Assembly (NCBI GenBank): GCA_964639325.1
Contig: CAZXDO010000040.1
Coordinates: forward strand, 1 to 39,557
Source: an uncultured Candidatus Saccharibacteria bacterium
GTDB taxonomy: Bacteria > Patescibacteriota > Minisyncoccia > UBA6257 > GWB1-50-10
Reading direction: 5' to 3'
DNA length: 39,557 nucleotides
The translations under genes and the position numbers were made by a program. Below are positions 17,299-28,173 of the stretch, piece after piece (positions within the stretch are counted from its first letter, which is position 1; the number at the start of each line of letters is the position of its first letter). The notes below the pieces were generated by a model, which had not been told where the DNA came from, searched no databases, and was given only the letters and a program-made list of their open reading frames with translations.

Positions 17299-19869
17299 AT
17301 GAAAAAATTTATTGAAAATATATTTTCTCCCGACAAACTTAAAGGGATAAAAAAAGAGGTAGAGAAGATAAATAAAAGGGAAGATGAGCTTAAAGACATT
17401 TCTCTGGAGGAGATTAGAAGTAAATCTGAAGAGTTAAAAAACAAGGCAAAGAACGGCGTTGATTTAGACAACCTTCTTCCTCTTGCTTTTGCTCTTGTAA
17501 GGGAAACCGCTAAAAGAACTTTAAAACAACGTCATTACGATGTTCAGCTTATGGGAGGAATCGCTCTTCATAAAGGAGAAATTGCTGAAATGCTTACCGG
17601 AGAGGGTAAAACCCTAGCTTCTACAGCCCCAATTTATCTTAACTCTTTACCCGGCAAAGGTGTTCACGTAGTAACGGTTAATGATTACCTCGCTAAACGT
17701 GACACTGTTTGGATGGGGCAGGTTTATGAAGCACTTGGCGTTTCAGTATCTTGTCTGGTTCACGACGGAGCATATATTTATGATCCTGAATACAAAGCTA
17801 AAGAAGAGTTTGAAAAACTAGACAAAGAAAGAGATGAAAAAGGAGGTTATAAAATAGTTGAAGATTTTCTAAGGCCGGTTTCTAGAAAAGAAGCTTATCA
17901 GGCTGATATAACTTATGGTACTAATCATGAGTTTGGATTTGATTATTTACGCGATAATCTTGTTCTCCGCCTGGAAGATAAAGTTCAAAGAAAACACAAT
18001 TATGCCATAATTGACGAGGTTGACAGTATTCTTATTGACGAAGCTCGGACCCCTCTTATAATTTCTACTCCCGACAAAGAATCCAGCGATCACTATAAGA
18101 AATTCACGAGTATTGTTAAAAATTTAAACGAAGAAGAGGATTATGAAATTGATGAAAAGAAAAAAATAGTTAACTTGACTGACTCAGGTTTTTCTAAAGT
18201 TGAAAAATTAGCCGGAGTGGACAATATATTCTCTCCGGAAAATTCTTCTTTAGTTCATTATTTAAATGAGTGCCTAAAAGCCAAAACTCTTTTTAGAAAA
18301 GATAAGGAATACGTTGTTAAAAAAGGAGAAATTATTATTGTTGATCAGTTCACCGGTCGATTAATGCCGGGAAGAAGATACTCCGGAGGTCTTCATCAAG
18401 CCATTGAAGCCAAAGAGGGTGTTGCTATAAAAAGCGAGAATAAAACTTTTGCTCAGATAACTATTCAAAACTATTTCCGTTTTTACGATAAATTAGCCGG
18501 CATGACCGGTACTGCAGCTACAAGCGCCGAAGAATTTTACAAAGTTTATAAATTAGATGTAGTTAAAATTCCACCTAACAAACCTGTAGTAAGGGAAGAT
18601 TATAACGATATTATTTACAAAACTAAGGAAGCTAAATACAAGGCTATTGCCAAAGAAGTAAAAAGGCTTAACGAAAAAGGCCAACCCGTTCTTTTGGGTA
18701 CAACTTCCATTGATAATAATGAAGTGATTGCTGACTATATTTCTAAAGAAGGTATAAAATGCGAAGTTCTTAACGCTAAAAACAACGAAAGAGAAGGTGC
18801 AATAATTGCCCAAGCCGGCAAAAAAGGAGCGGTAACTGTTGCTACTAATATGGCCGGAAGAGGGGTTGATATTGTTTTAGGGGGTTATCCTTTAGATAAA
18901 GAAAAAGCTGAAGAAGTTAAATCTCTTGGAGGGCTTTATGTTATTGGTACAGAGCGTCATGAAGCTAGAAGAATAGATAATCAGCTCAGAGGAAGAGCCG
19001 GGCGACAGGGTGATCCCGGTTCAAGCCGTTTCTTTCTATCTTTAGAGGATGATGTTCTTAGAATTTTTGGAGGAGAGAGAATTAGTAATATAATGCAGAA
19101 TTTTAATGTACCCGAAGATACGCCGATAGAATTTAATATGATATCTAAAGCTGTTAATCAAGCCCAAAAAAGGGTAGAAGGCATGAACTTTGATATTCGT
19201 AAATATCTTCTTGAATTTGATGATGTCCTAAACCGCCAAAGAGATGCTATTTACGCCAGGCGTATAAAATTTTTGAAAGCCGGAGAGAGTAACGAAATCC
19301 TTCCTATCGTTCGGGAAATAATTGAAACTCATGTAAATGAATCTGTGGCAAACCTTCAAAACGAAATCAATGAATTAATTAGGGTAAGGAACGATGAAGA
19401 GATTAAAAAGAGGGAAGAAGCTATAAAGGAAATGAAAGAAAAATTAAATGAAATTCCTGAAGAAATTGAACCGAAACGTTCCAATATGATATCTCGTCAC
19501 ATTACCAGAATAATGGACTCTCTTTGGGTTAATCATTTAGAAGCTCTTCAATCCTTAAAGGAGTCAGTTAACATTCGAGCATACGCCCAGCATGAACCAA
19601 TTGTTGAATACCGTCGAGAGGCATATAAAATGTATCAGCAATTAAAGAGAAATTTTAACTTTTTTGTCTTCAAATCAGTTTTTCAGATTCTTGAAGTCAA
19701 TTTAGATAAAGTTCAGGATCAACTAGAAGAAAAAAAGGAATCTTCTTCGGTTAACCGTTCTGGAAATAATGCAGAAAAAGGAAGAACTCCAGAGGGTAAA
19801 AAAATTGGAAGAAATGACCCTTGTTGGTGCGGTTCGGGGAAAAAGTATAAAAAGTGTCACGGGAAGTAA
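17299..19869 (+). CDS. secA: Preprotein translocase ATPase SecA
   Basis: TGEGKT, DEVDSILIDEARTPLIIS, ATNMAGRGVDI, QLRGRAGRQGDPG, C-terminal SEC-C motif GRNDPCWCGSGKKYKKCHG. Confidence 0.98.
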   Translation: MKKFIENIFSPDKLKGIKKEVEKINKREDELKDISLEEIRSKSEELKNKAKNGVDLDNLLPLAFALVRETAKRTLKQRHYDVQLMGGIALHKGEIAEMLTGEGKTLASTAPIYLNSLPGKGVHVVTVNDYLAKRDTVWMGQVYEALGVSVSCLVHDGAYIYDPEYKAKEEFEKLDKERDEKGGYKIVEDFLRPVSRKEAYQADITYGTNHEFGFDYLRDNLVLRLEDKVQRKHNYAIIDEVDSILIDEARTPLIISTPDKESSDHYKKFTSIVKNLNEEEDYEIDEKKKIVNLTDSGFSKVEKLAGVDNIFSPENSSLVHYLNECLKAKTLFRKDKEYVVKKGEIIIVDQFTGRLMPGRRYSGGLHQAIEAKEGVAIKSENKTFAQITIQNYFRFYDKLAGMTGTAATSAEEFYKVYKLDVVKIPPNKPVVREDYNDIIYKTKEAKYKAIAKEVKRLNEKGQPVLLGTTSIDNNEVIADYISKEGIKCEVLNAKNNEREGAIIAQAGKKGAVTVATNMAGRGVDIVLGGYPLDKEKAEEVKSLGGLYVIGTERHEARRIDNQLRGRAGRQGDPGSSRFFLSLEDDVLRIFGGERISNIMQNFNVPEDTPIEFNMISKAVNQAQKRVEGMNFDIRKYLLEFDDVLNRQRDAIYARRIKFLKAGESNEILPIVREIIETHVNESVANLQNEINELIRVRNDEEIKKREEAIKEMKEKLNEIPEEIEPKRSNMISRHITRIMDSLWVNHLEALQSLKESVNIRAYAQHEPIVEYRREAYKMYQQLKRNFNFFVFKSVFQILEVNLDKVQDQLEEKKESSSVNRSGNNAEKGRTPEGKKIGRNDPCWCGSGKKYKKCHGK

Positions 19870-19872
19870 CAT

Positions 19873-20490
19873 ATGAATAACTATATGTCTCATAAAAAAG
19901 TATATGATGGGCTTGCTGGAGAGTACGAAAAAAGAGTAGATAGTTTATTAGACGTTACTGAAAACGCAATGAATTATTTTTCCTCATATATTAAACCAGG
20001 AGATTTAATTTTAGATATCGGGTGCGGTGTAGGTATTGCGATAAGCTTACTTACAAAGAGAGGTTTCAAGGTTACTGGTATAGAAATGTCTCCAAAGATG
20101 GTTGAATTTGCTAGAAAAAGAAATCCTGAAGCCAAAATAATAATCGGAGATTTTTTAAAAATGAAATTTGATAAGAAATTTGACGCAGTTCTAGTCTTTG
20201 CATTTATACATTTATTTCCGAAGTCAGAAATTCCAGTAATACTCGCTAAAATAAAATCAATTTTAAAACCAGGTGGTGTTGCGTTAATTAGCTCTACCGA
20301 ATCATCAGAAAGTAAAGAGGGTATGTATTTAAAGGAAGATTTTGATAAAAAATATAAACGTTTCCGGAAATTTTGGATTGAACAAGAATTGAGAGAATCG
20401 CTAGAACAAGCCGGTTTTAAAGAATTAGCGTTAAAGAAATTTACTGATCCTTTTAATAAAACATGGATGGATTTCGTTGTACAAAATTAA
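19873..20490 (+). CDS. Class I SAM-dependent methyltransferase
   Basis: ILDIGCGVG, VTGIEMS, FDAV, LKPGG. Confidence 0.9.
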   Translation: MNNYMSHKKVYDGLAGEYEKRVDSLLDVTENAMNYFSSYIKPGDLILDIGCGVGIAISLLTKRGFKVTGIEMSPKMVEFARKRNPEAKIIIGDFLKMKFDKKFDAVLVFAFIHLFPKSEIPVILAKIKSILKPGGVALISSTESSESKEGMYLKEDFDKKYKRFRKFWIEQELRESLEQAGFKELALKKFTDPFNKTWMDFVVQN

Positions 20491-20601
20491 TCTGCATGAC
20501 ATTATAAGTTAACTTATTTAGTTATATAATTAAAAAAAATAACTTAGGACATGGAAAATCCGTATGATTAATTATTAAATAGCAAACAATAAAATAAAAA
20601 C

Positions 20602-20805
20602 ATGGAGTTAATCGGTTTTACACTTGAAATATTAGGAAAAATTTTAATTGCCTATACCGCCTTACGTGTTCATTTTCGGTTTCGGAAAGAACACAAGATA
20701 GATTCTAAGGTTTTTAATACTATGCGCAGAGAGCAAATTGTTGGAATTATCGGAATAACTCTCATTATCCTTGGTTATATTATTCAAATACCATTCAAAT
20801 TATAA
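20602..20805 (+). CDS. Small membrane protein
   Basis: 67 aa with two hydrophobic segments. Confidence 0.6.
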   Translation: MELIGFTLEILGKILIAYTALRVHFRFRKEHKIDSKVFNTMRREQIVGIIGITLIILGYIIQIPFKL

Positions 20806-20811
20806 TTTTTT

Positions 20812-20852
20812 CAACTTGGGGGTTCCCGACACCCCCAAGTTGTTGTGGATAA
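20812..20852 (+). repeat. REP-like palindrome copy 5 + TGTGGATAA
   Basis: Identical to copy 1. Confidence 0.95.
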
Positions 20853-20932
20853 CTTAATAAATTAAATTCGGGAGTTGTTAATTAATAAAAACCGCCCCCG
20901 AATAATTTTTATTTTTTGGTATACTAAAAAGA

Positions 20933-23515
20933 ATGAATGAATTCCACTCTAAAACGATAAAAGAAGTGTCCGGATTTTTTGAAGTTGATACTGAAAAAGG
21001 ACTTTCCGAAGACCAGGTTAAAAAAAGACGGGAAAAGTACGGAAAAAATATTATTCCTGAAGCAAAACCACCTTCGCGCTTTAAAATATTCATCTCTCAA
21101 TTTAAAAGTCCTCTTGTTTTTATCTTAGCTATTGCCGGCATTATTGTTCTTATTATGGGCAAATATACTGACGCAATTGTTATTTGGGCGGCAGTTATTT
21201 TAAATACGGCAATTGGTTATTTTCAAGAAAATAAAGCAATTAGAGCCTTAGATGAACTTAAAAAAGTTCTTAAAGTTACCGCTAAAGTTATCCGATCCGG
21301 AAACGAAAAGAAAATTTCCGAGACAGAGATTGTTCCCGGAGATTTAATTGTTTTAGTGGCCGGTGATAAGATTCCGGCAGATGCTCGGGTTATTAAATCT
21401 TGGAATTTGAAAGCCGGAGAGGCGGCTTTAACTGGAGAATGGATTCCTTCCCGTAAAGACACTAAACCATTAGACAAAAAAACGTCTCTTGCTGACAGGG
21501 AAAACATGGTTTATATGGGCACTACCGTGGAATCAGGTGAAGGTTTAGCAGTTGTTGTAAAAACCGGGAAAGATACTGAAATAGGTCATGTTGCTGTCAT
21601 GGTCCAAGGCATTAAAGAAAGAAAAACACCTTATCAAGTTAAAATAAAAAAATTTTCTTGGATTCTTGCTTCTGTTATTAGCTTAATTGCTCTCTTTATT
21701 TTTATAGAAGGTCTTTTAACCGGAGGAAAGTTTGTAGAAATGTTTACTCTTTCAATAGCCGTGGTGGTTGCTGCAATTCCCGAGAGTCTTCCAATTGCTT
21801 TTACCGCAATTCTTGCTGTAGGAATGCAGAAAATATTAAAAGAAAAAGGATTGGTTCGCCACCTCACTTCCGCTGAAACTTTAGGTAGCTCTTCTGTTAT
21901 TGCTACAGACAAAACACTTACTCTTACTGAAGGGAAAATGGAGGTTCAAGAAGTTTATACTTATAAATCTAAAGAAAAAGATGTTCTTGTAGCCTCTGCT
22001 CTTGCTAACGACGCTTTTATAGAAAATCCCGACGAACCTTTTGAACATTGGATTATTCAAGGAAACCCTACCGAAAAAGCTCTTCTTAAAGCCAGTATTG
22101 AATCCGGAATTTCTAGAAGAAAAATACTTAAAAAAGAACCGCTCGTTCATAAAATTCCATTTGACTCGGTCAAAAAATACATTTCTTCTTTTCATAAAAT
22201 TGAAAAAGGGACAAAAATATATGTTTCCGGAGCACCCGAATCTCTTATTAATCTTTCCGGTAATCTTTCTAAAAAAGACAAAGAAGAAGTTTTAGATAAA
22301 CTGAATGAATTAACCAATAAAGGCCTTCGTGTTGTGGCCTCCGCTTCGCGGACAATAACCCGTTTCAAAAAAGATGATCCGGAAAACAATATCAAAAAAC
22401 TGGATTTTTTAGGTTTTATAGCTATGAGGGATCCTATTAGAAAGGGTGTGAAAGAAGCTATTGAACTTGCCCGATCTGCCGGAATACACATACTAATGGT
22501 TACCGGAGATCATCCCCGAACAGCTCTAGCCGTAGCTCGAGAACTTAATATAACAGTTAATAATGAAGAGGTAATAGAAGGGAAAGAAATTGATGAAATG
22601 TCTGACGAGGAGTTACAAGAAAGTTTAAGCAAAGTTGGTGTTTATGCCAGAGTAGAACCAAAACATAAAATGAGAATTATAAACGCATGGCAAGATAAAG
22701 GAGAAGTTATTGCTATGACCGGAGACGGAATAAATGACGCTCCGGCCCTGAGAAAGGCCGATATCGGCATTGCTTTAGGTTCCGGTACCGACGTTGCTAA
22801 AGAAATTTCTGACATTATTCTTCTTGAAGATAAATTTTCAATTATTCCTAAAGCAATAAGGCAGGGGAGAGTTTTAATTGATAATATCAGGAAATCCATA
22901 ACTTATATGCTTTCAAGTGCTTTTTCAGAATTAATTCTTGTAAGTACGGCCATTGTTTTAGGTTGGCCTTTGCCGGTTACCGCTGTTCAAATTCTTTGGG
23001 TTAATCTTGTAGAAGGCGCTCTTCCCGGGATTGCTTTTACTTTTGAAAAAGGGGAAAAAGGGGTTATGAAAAGAAAACCCGAACCAAAGAATTCTCCTTT
23101 GTTAAATAAAGAAATGAAAGGAATTATCTTTATTATCGGTATAATTACCGACGTTATCCTTCTTGGAATATTTCTTTATCTTTTAAACAATACAAATTAT
23201 AATATTGAGCATATTCGAACTTTTATCTTTGTAGCTTTGATTATAGATTCTCTATTTTATGTTTTCTCTTGCCGAAACTTAAACTTAAATATTTGGCAAT
23301 ATAATCCTTTTTCCAATAAGTTTATTAACTGGACGGTTATTCTTAGTATATTTTTAATGCTTGCTGTTATTTACTTTCCCTTTTTACAGAATGTTTTTGA
23401 AACGGTCCCTCTTGATTTTATAGACTGGCTTCTTCTTAGTGGAGTTGGTTTTATTAATCTTTTTCTTATTGAGCTTATGAAATATTTATTTGTAAGCAAA
23501 AAAATAAGTAATTAA
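20933..23515 (+). CDS. Cation-transporting P-type ATPase (type II-like) with variant motifs
   Basis: VPGDL, DKTLTLT, DPIR, TGDH, TGDGINDAPAL; multiple TM segments. Confidence 0.92.
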   Translation: MNEFHSKTIKEVSGFFEVDTEKGLSEDQVKKRREKYGKNIIPEAKPPSRFKIFISQFKSPLVFILAIAGIIVLIMGKYTDAIVIWAAVILNTAIGYFQENKAIRALDELKKVLKVTAKVIRSGNEKKISETEIVPGDLIVLVAGDKIPADARVIKSWNLKAGEAALTGEWIPSRKDTKPLDKKTSLADRENMVYMGTTVESGEGLAVVVKTGKDTEIGHVAVMVQGIKERKTPYQVKIKKFSWILASVISLIALFIFIEGLLTGGKFVEMFTLSIAVVVAAIPESLPIAFTAILAVGMQKILKEKGLVRHLTSAETLGSSSVIATDKTLTLTEGKMEVQEVYTYKSKEKDVLVASALANDAFIENPDEPFEHWIIQGNPTEKALLKASIESGISRRKILKKEPLVHKIPFDSVKKYISSFHKIEKGTKIYVSGAPESLINLSGNLSKKDKEEVLDKLNELTNKGLRVVASASRTITRFKKDDPENNIKKLDFLGFIAMRDPIRKGVKEAIELARSAGIHILMVTGDHPRTALAVARELNITVNNEEVIEGKEIDEMSDEELQESLSKVGVYARVEPKHKMRIINAWQDKGEVIAMTGDGINDAPALRKADIGIALGSGTDVAKEISDIILLEDKFSIIPKAIRQGRVLIDNIRKSITYMLSSAFSELILVSTAIVLGWPLPVTAVQILWVNLVEGALPGIAFTFEKGEKGVMKRKPEPKNSPLLNKEMKGIIFIIGIITDVILLGIFLYLLNNTNYNIEHIRTFIFVALIIDSLFYVFSCRNLNLNIWQYNPFSNKFINWTVILSIFLMLAVIYFPFLQNVFETVPLDFIDWLLLSGVGFINLFLIELMKYLFVSKKISN

Positions 23516-23567
23516 CAAAATATAATTTGAAAAAATTTTTTAAGAGTTGTACACTTTAAAAATACGA

Positions 23568-24842
23568 ATGGAAAAGAAAAAGAAAAACGCAATTATTTTT
23601 TTAGTATTCATCGCTCTTCTTTCTATAGTAGCGGGTTTTTTTGTATATCAACCAGATTCAAAAACTGACGAATGGCGGCCTTGGAAATTAGGCCTTGATC
23701 TTGCCGGAGGGAGTTATCTTGTTTATGAAATTGATCTTTCAGAAGTTGATGATGCTGACCAAAGCACCGTAGTTAAAGGGCTTAGGGATGTAATCGAAAA
23801 AAGAGTTAATCTTTTTGGGGTTAGCGAACCTAGAGTTTATAACCAAAATGTTGAAGGCAGTCACCGATTAGTTGTGGAGCTTGCGGGCATTAAGGATGTT
23901 AATAAGGCTATAGAAGAAATTGGAACTACGCCCGTTCTTGATTTTAGAGAACTTAATAACCCGGAAGAAGCAGTAAGCACAATGGAAGCAACATCTACTG
24001 CCACAAGCACAATTTCGTATACCCGCACCGAGCTTACCGGCCGTTATGTTAAAGGGGCTCAACTTGGTTTTGATCAATACACCAACGAATCGCTTGTTCA
24101 TATTGAGTTTACTAAAGAAGGGGCCAAAATTTTTGAAGAAATTACAGGAAGAAATATTGGTAAGCCGGTAGCCATCTTTTTAGATGATGAATTATTAACC
24201 CAACCTACCGTAGAGCAAAAAATAACAGGAGGAAAAGCCCAAATTACCGGTAAATTCACGGTAGAAGAAGCCAAAAATTTAGTGGAACGTTTTAATGCCG
24301 GAGCCCTGCCCGCTCCTGTAAAATTAATAAATCAGCATACTGTTAGCCCTACTCTTGGTAAAGATTCCCTTGATAAGTCTATTAAAGCGGGCATTTGGGG
24401 TCTTTTGGCAGTTATTCTGTATATGATTATTTTTTATCGCCGCCTTGGAATTTTTGCTTCAGCAGCTCTCCTTATGTATGTTGCTTTGGTTTTCGGGATT
24501 TTTAAGATAATTCCCATTACTCTTACCCTTCCCGGAATAGCTGGGATAATTTTGTCTATCGGTATTGCTGTCGATGCTAATGTTTTAGTATTTGAAAGAA
24601 TGAAAGAAGAAAGAGCCCGCGGGCTTGTTTTCTCTCACGCAGTTGAAGAGGGCTTTAAGAGGGCGTGGAGTTCAATTAGAGATTCCAATATTACCACTAT
24701 TATTAGTTCTGTTATTCTTTTCTACTTTACCAGTGGTTTTGTCCAAGGATTCGCCCTTTCTCTTCTTATTGGTGTTTTGGTAAGTATGTTTAGTGCAATA
24801 GTTATTACCCGAAGCCTTCTTAGAGTTTTTTCTAAAGAATAG
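23568..24842 (+). CDS. secD: Protein translocase subunit SecD
   Basis: LGLDLAGG, RVNLFGVSEP, TVSPTLG, AVDANVLVFERMKEE; ATG start taken at 23568. Confidence 0.95.
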   Translation: MEKKKKNAIIFLVFIALLSIVAGFFVYQPDSKTDEWRPWKLGLDLAGGSYLVYEIDLSEVDDADQSTVVKGLRDVIEKRVNLFGVSEPRVYNQNVEGSHRLVVELAGIKDVNKAIEEIGTTPVLDFRELNNPEEAVSTMEATSTATSTISYTRTELTGRYVKGAQLGFDQYTNESLVHIEFTKEGAKIFEEITGRNIGKPVAIFLDDELLTQPTVEQKITGGKAQITGKFTVEEAKNLVERFNAGALPAPVKLINQHTVSPTLGKDSLDKSIKAGIWGLLAVILYMIIFYRRLGIFASAALLMYVALVFGIFKIIPITLTLPGIAGIILSIGIAVDANVLVFERMKEERARGLVFSHAVEEGFKRAWSSIRDSNITTIISSVILFYFTSGFVQGFALSLLIGVLVSMFSAIVITRSLLRVFSKE

Positions 24843-24856
24843 TTATATATAAATTT

Positions 24857-25744
24857 ATGAATATTATCGGAAAAAGTAAAATATTTATTTCAATCTCAGT
24901 AATCCTGGTTCTTATAAGCTGGGGAGCTATAACCTTTTTAGGTCTTAACTTTGGCATTGATCTTGTCGGAGGAACAGAATGGCAAGTTAATTTTTTAGAA
25001 AGGGAAGTAAGTGCTAGTAATGTTAGTACCTTTTTAAGCTCAGAATTTGATATAGAATCATCCGCTAAATCAATCAGCACCGGAGATATTATTATTCGCC
25101 TTCCTGACATAAGCGAAGAAAAACACGAAAACTTTAAAGAGTCTTTAATTTCTGAATTTGGAGAAATAGAAGAAAAAAGTTTTTCTAGTGTTGGGCCGGC
25201 CGTAGGCAGAGAATTGAGAGAAAAAGCTTTATGGGCCATAATTGGTGTTCTTTTTGGAATTTCTCTTTTTATTGCTTGGGCTTTTAGAAAGGTTTCTCGC
25301 CCTATTAATTCTTGGAAATATGGAATTACTGCCCTCCTTGCTCTTTTTCACGATGTTTCTATCCCTGTAGGAATGTTAGCCTTTTTGGGTTATTACAAAG
25401 GAATTGAAATTGATACAATCTTTATCGTAGCTCTTCTTGTTGTGATTGGTTTATCAGTTAATGACACGGTTGTTATTATGGATAGAATTAGAGAAAACTT
25501 GGAGATAAACAAAGGTAAAAAAACAGACTTGAAAGAGATTGTTAACAAAAGTGTTAATGAAACTATAATTAGGTCTATAAACACTTCCCTTACGCTTGTT
25601 GTTATACTTGTTTCATTAATGTTGTTCGGTCCACAATCCATTTTCTACTTCGTTCTTACCGTTCTTGTTGGTACTGTTTTTGGAACCTATTCTTCTATAT
25701 TTTTAGCAAGCCCTATATTGTATCTTTGGGGAAGGGAAAGATAG
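24857..25744 (+). CDS. secF: Protein translocase subunit SecF
   Basis: GIDLVGG, VGPAVG, FHDV, SVNDTVVIMDRIREN, RSINTS, GTYSSIFLA. Confidence 0.95.
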   Translation: MNIIGKSKIFISISVILVLISWGAITFLGLNFGIDLVGGTEWQVNFLEREVSASNVSTFLSSEFDIESSAKSISTGDIIIRLPDISEEKHENFKESLISEFGEIEEKSFSSVGPAVGRELREKALWAIIGVLFGISLFIAWAFRKVSRPINSWKYGITALLALFHDVSIPVGMLAFLGYYKGIEIDTIFIVALLVVIGLSVNDTVVIMDRIRENLEINKGKKTDLKEIVNKSVNETIIRSINTSLTLVVILVSLMLFGPQSIFYFVLTVLVGTVFGTYSSIFLASPILYLWGRER

Positions 25745-25795
25745 AAAAAACTGCCTTATTTTTTAATTTTTTACGGTTTTTTTCTGAACACCCCT

Positions 25796-25822
25796 TTGAC
25801 ATATTTGGTTTTATGGTATAAT
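25796..25822 (+). promoter_or_regulatory. Putative sigma70 promoter
   Basis: TTGACA-15 nt-TATAAT with TG extension. Confidence 0.5.
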
Positions 25823-25841
25823 ATTATAAACACAAAAAAAC

Positions 25842-26849
25842 ATGAAAGATATAAATAAAATAATAAATAACCTATTTTCAGGTTTTAATGATAAGCAGAA
25901 AAAAATAATAAACGAACGTTTCGGCCTTAATGGTGAAAGACGTACTCTTCAGGCTGTTGGAGATGATTTGGGTATTACTCGAGAACGGGTTCGTCAAATA
26001 GAAAACCAAGCTACAAAAGCCCTTAAAGCCCAAATTAAGAAAGAGTTTTCTGATCTAATCAAAATTGCCGAGAAGGTTATTAATAAAAAGAAAGGAGTTT
26101 GTAGAGACGATAAATTTATAGAAGAAGTTAAGAAAGTTAGTAAAGTTAAAGACTCTAATCACCTGGACAATAAAATCAGGTTTATTTTCCTTATTTCCGG
26201 CGTTCCTTGTTTTAATAAAGAAGACGATAATGTTTACGCTTTTTGGTATAGGAAAGAAGGGGATAAGAAAAATTTATTTAATTATTTAAAGGAAGCAATA
26301 AAATTCTTTGAAAAAAATAAAGAAGATATTTTAGAGAAAAAAATATACAAAGAGAAATTTAAAAATTCTGAGTTTGATAATTTTATCTCTATTTCTAAAC
26401 ATTTCGGAGAAAACGCTTTTGGTGATTTTGGTTTAAAGAAATGGCCTGAAATTGAGCCTAAAGTTATTCGCGATAAAGCTCACCTTGTTCTTAGAAAGAA
26501 AAATAAACCTCTTCACTTTTTAGAAATATCTAAGGAAATTAGAAATGCGGGAGTAGACGGAAAAAGAGTTCATATTCAAACCGTTCATAATGAATTAATC
26601 AAAGATAATCGTTTTGTTTTAGTGGGACGGGGTATTTACGGACTTAAAAATCACGGTTACGAAGGAGGTACCGTAAAAGAAGTAATAAAGAAAATTTTAA
26701 AAGAAAACGGCCCTCTTTCAGCTGATCAAATAGTAAAACTTGTTAATCAAAAGAAGATTTTAAAGGAAAACACTATTCTTTTAAATCTTCACAGCGGTGA
26801 TCACTTTGAATCTATTGGAGGCGGAAAATATCGTATTAAAAAAGCTTAG
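25842..26849 (+). CDS. Sigma70 region-4 HTH fused to HARE-HTH (RNAP delta-like) winged helices
   Basis: RFGL...TLQAVGDDLGITRERVRQIE; C-terminal PLHF..I...TVHNELIKDNRFVLVGRGIYGL. Confidence 0.8.
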   Translation: MKDINKIINNLFSGFNDKQKKIINERFGLNGERRTLQAVGDDLGITRERVRQIENQATKALKAQIKKEFSDLIKIAEKVINKKKGVCRDDKFIEEVKKVSKVKDSNHLDNKIRFIFLISGVPCFNKEDDNVYAFWYRKEGDKKNLFNYLKEAIKFFEKNKEDILEKKIYKEKFKNSEFDNFISISKHFGENAFGDFGLKKWPEIEPKVIRDKAHLVLRKKNKPLHFLEISKEIRNAGVDGKRVHIQTVHNELIKDNRFVLVGRGIYGLKNHGYEGGTVKEVIKKILKENGPLSADQIVKLVNQKKILKENTILLNLHSGDHFESIGGGKYRIKKA

Positions 26850-26915
26850 AACTTTATTTTTAGGTTCTTAAAAAACATAAACAGTTTCTTTTAAGGTAAG
26901 GGTAGCTCACATAGA

Positions 26916-28145
26916 ATGGATTTTATTCATGACATATTTCTCCTAATTAAAGATTTTATCGTTAGTTTTTGGTGGTTTTTTATACCTATATTTTTGTTAT
27001 TTGTGCTTTTGGATATTAAATCCTTTTACAAAAAACAGAAAAAGAAAAGTAAAATTAAGTGGTCGCTTATAGAAATTACTCCTCCTAGAGAAGTAGAAAA
27101 AACCCCAAAAGCAATGGAGCAGGTTTTTGCAACTGCCAGCGAAATTTCCGAAGGGTGGGCTTCTTTTGAAATTGTGGGTAGAGCAGGAAACACCCGCTTT
27201 TTTGTTAGAGTTCCTGAAGGATATCGCAATCTTATTGAATCTTCTATATACGCCCAATATTCTGAAGCCGAGATTAGTCTTGTTTCTGAGTACGAAGGAT
27301 ACGAAACTCAATTTTCTCATAATTTACCCAATAATGTTTATGATATTTGGGGGACTGAGTTGATTCTGGCTAGAGAAGATGGTTATCCTATAAAAACATA
27401 TCCTGACTTTAAAGAAGGAAAAAATGAAGGAGTAGTTGATCCAATTGCCGGTATTACTGAAATTATGTCAAAGTTAGAAAAATCTGAAGCAATCTGGCTT
27501 CAAATTCTTGTTAAACCGGCAGATAACAAAAAATGGACTAAAAAAGCCGGAGAATTAATTGATGAGGTTTCAGGTAAAAAAAAGAAAAGCAAGGGAGTTT
27601 TTGATTGGCTTGGACCTTGGGTTCATGCAATATCTGAATTTTTAGAAAACCTTATAAAAGGAATTTTTGAACCTCCTGAATGGACTGAATTTGAAAAGAA
27701 AAAAGATGAAGATAAAAAAGAAAGCCTGAGTCCCGGGAAAAATAAAATAATAGAAGCTATTGAAAACAAAGCGTCTAAGATAGGTTTTCACGCTGCTATT
27801 CGTTTTATTTATATTGATCGTAAAGATAGCTTTACAAAATCTAACATATCCGGAGTTATGGGTGCCTTTCGCCAGTTTAATACTAATAATTTAAATTCTT
27901 TAACTGAAAATAAAAAAGTTAAAACAAAAGTTAAAGGATTTTTTAAAGATAAAAAAACAGAAAAAAGAAAAAGAAAGGTGTTTTCTGATTACCTTATAAG
28001 AGATTTTCCTGAAAAAACTTCAATTTTGAATATTGAAGAACTAGCTACTTTATATCACTTCCCAGCTACAGATGTTAAATCTCCTTTCATTAAACGTGTT
28101 TCTGTCAAAAGAGGAAGTCCTCCTCCTGATTTGCCGGTTCAATAA
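26916..28145 (+). CDS. Membrane-anchored hypothetical protein partnered with a VirD4-like ATPase
   Basis: N-terminal TM; IEITPPREVEKTPKAMEQ, SFEIV, ILNIEELATLYHFP; 28 bp upstream of the ATPase. Confidence 0.65.
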   Translation: MDFIHDIFLLIKDFIVSFWWFFIPIFLLFVLLDIKSFYKKQKKKSKIKWSLIEITPPREVEKTPKAMEQVFATASEISEGWASFEIVGRAGNTRFFVRVPEGYRNLIESSIYAQYSEAEISLVSEYEGYETQFSHNLPNNVYDIWGTELILAREDGYPIKTYPDFKEGKNEGVVDPIAGITEIMSKLEKSEAIWLQILVKPADNKKWTKKAGELIDEVSGKKKKSKGVFDWLGPWVHAISEFLENLIKGIFEPPEWTEFEKKKDEDKKESLSPGKNKIIEAIENKASKIGFHAAIRFIYIDRKDSFTKSNISGVMGAFRQFNTNNLNSLTENKKVKTKVKGFFKDKKTEKRKRKVFSDYLIRDFPEKTSILNIEELATLYHFPATDVKSPFIKRVSVKRGSPPPDLPVQ

Positions 28146-28173
28146 TAATTGTATTTGAGTAATAATTATAAAT

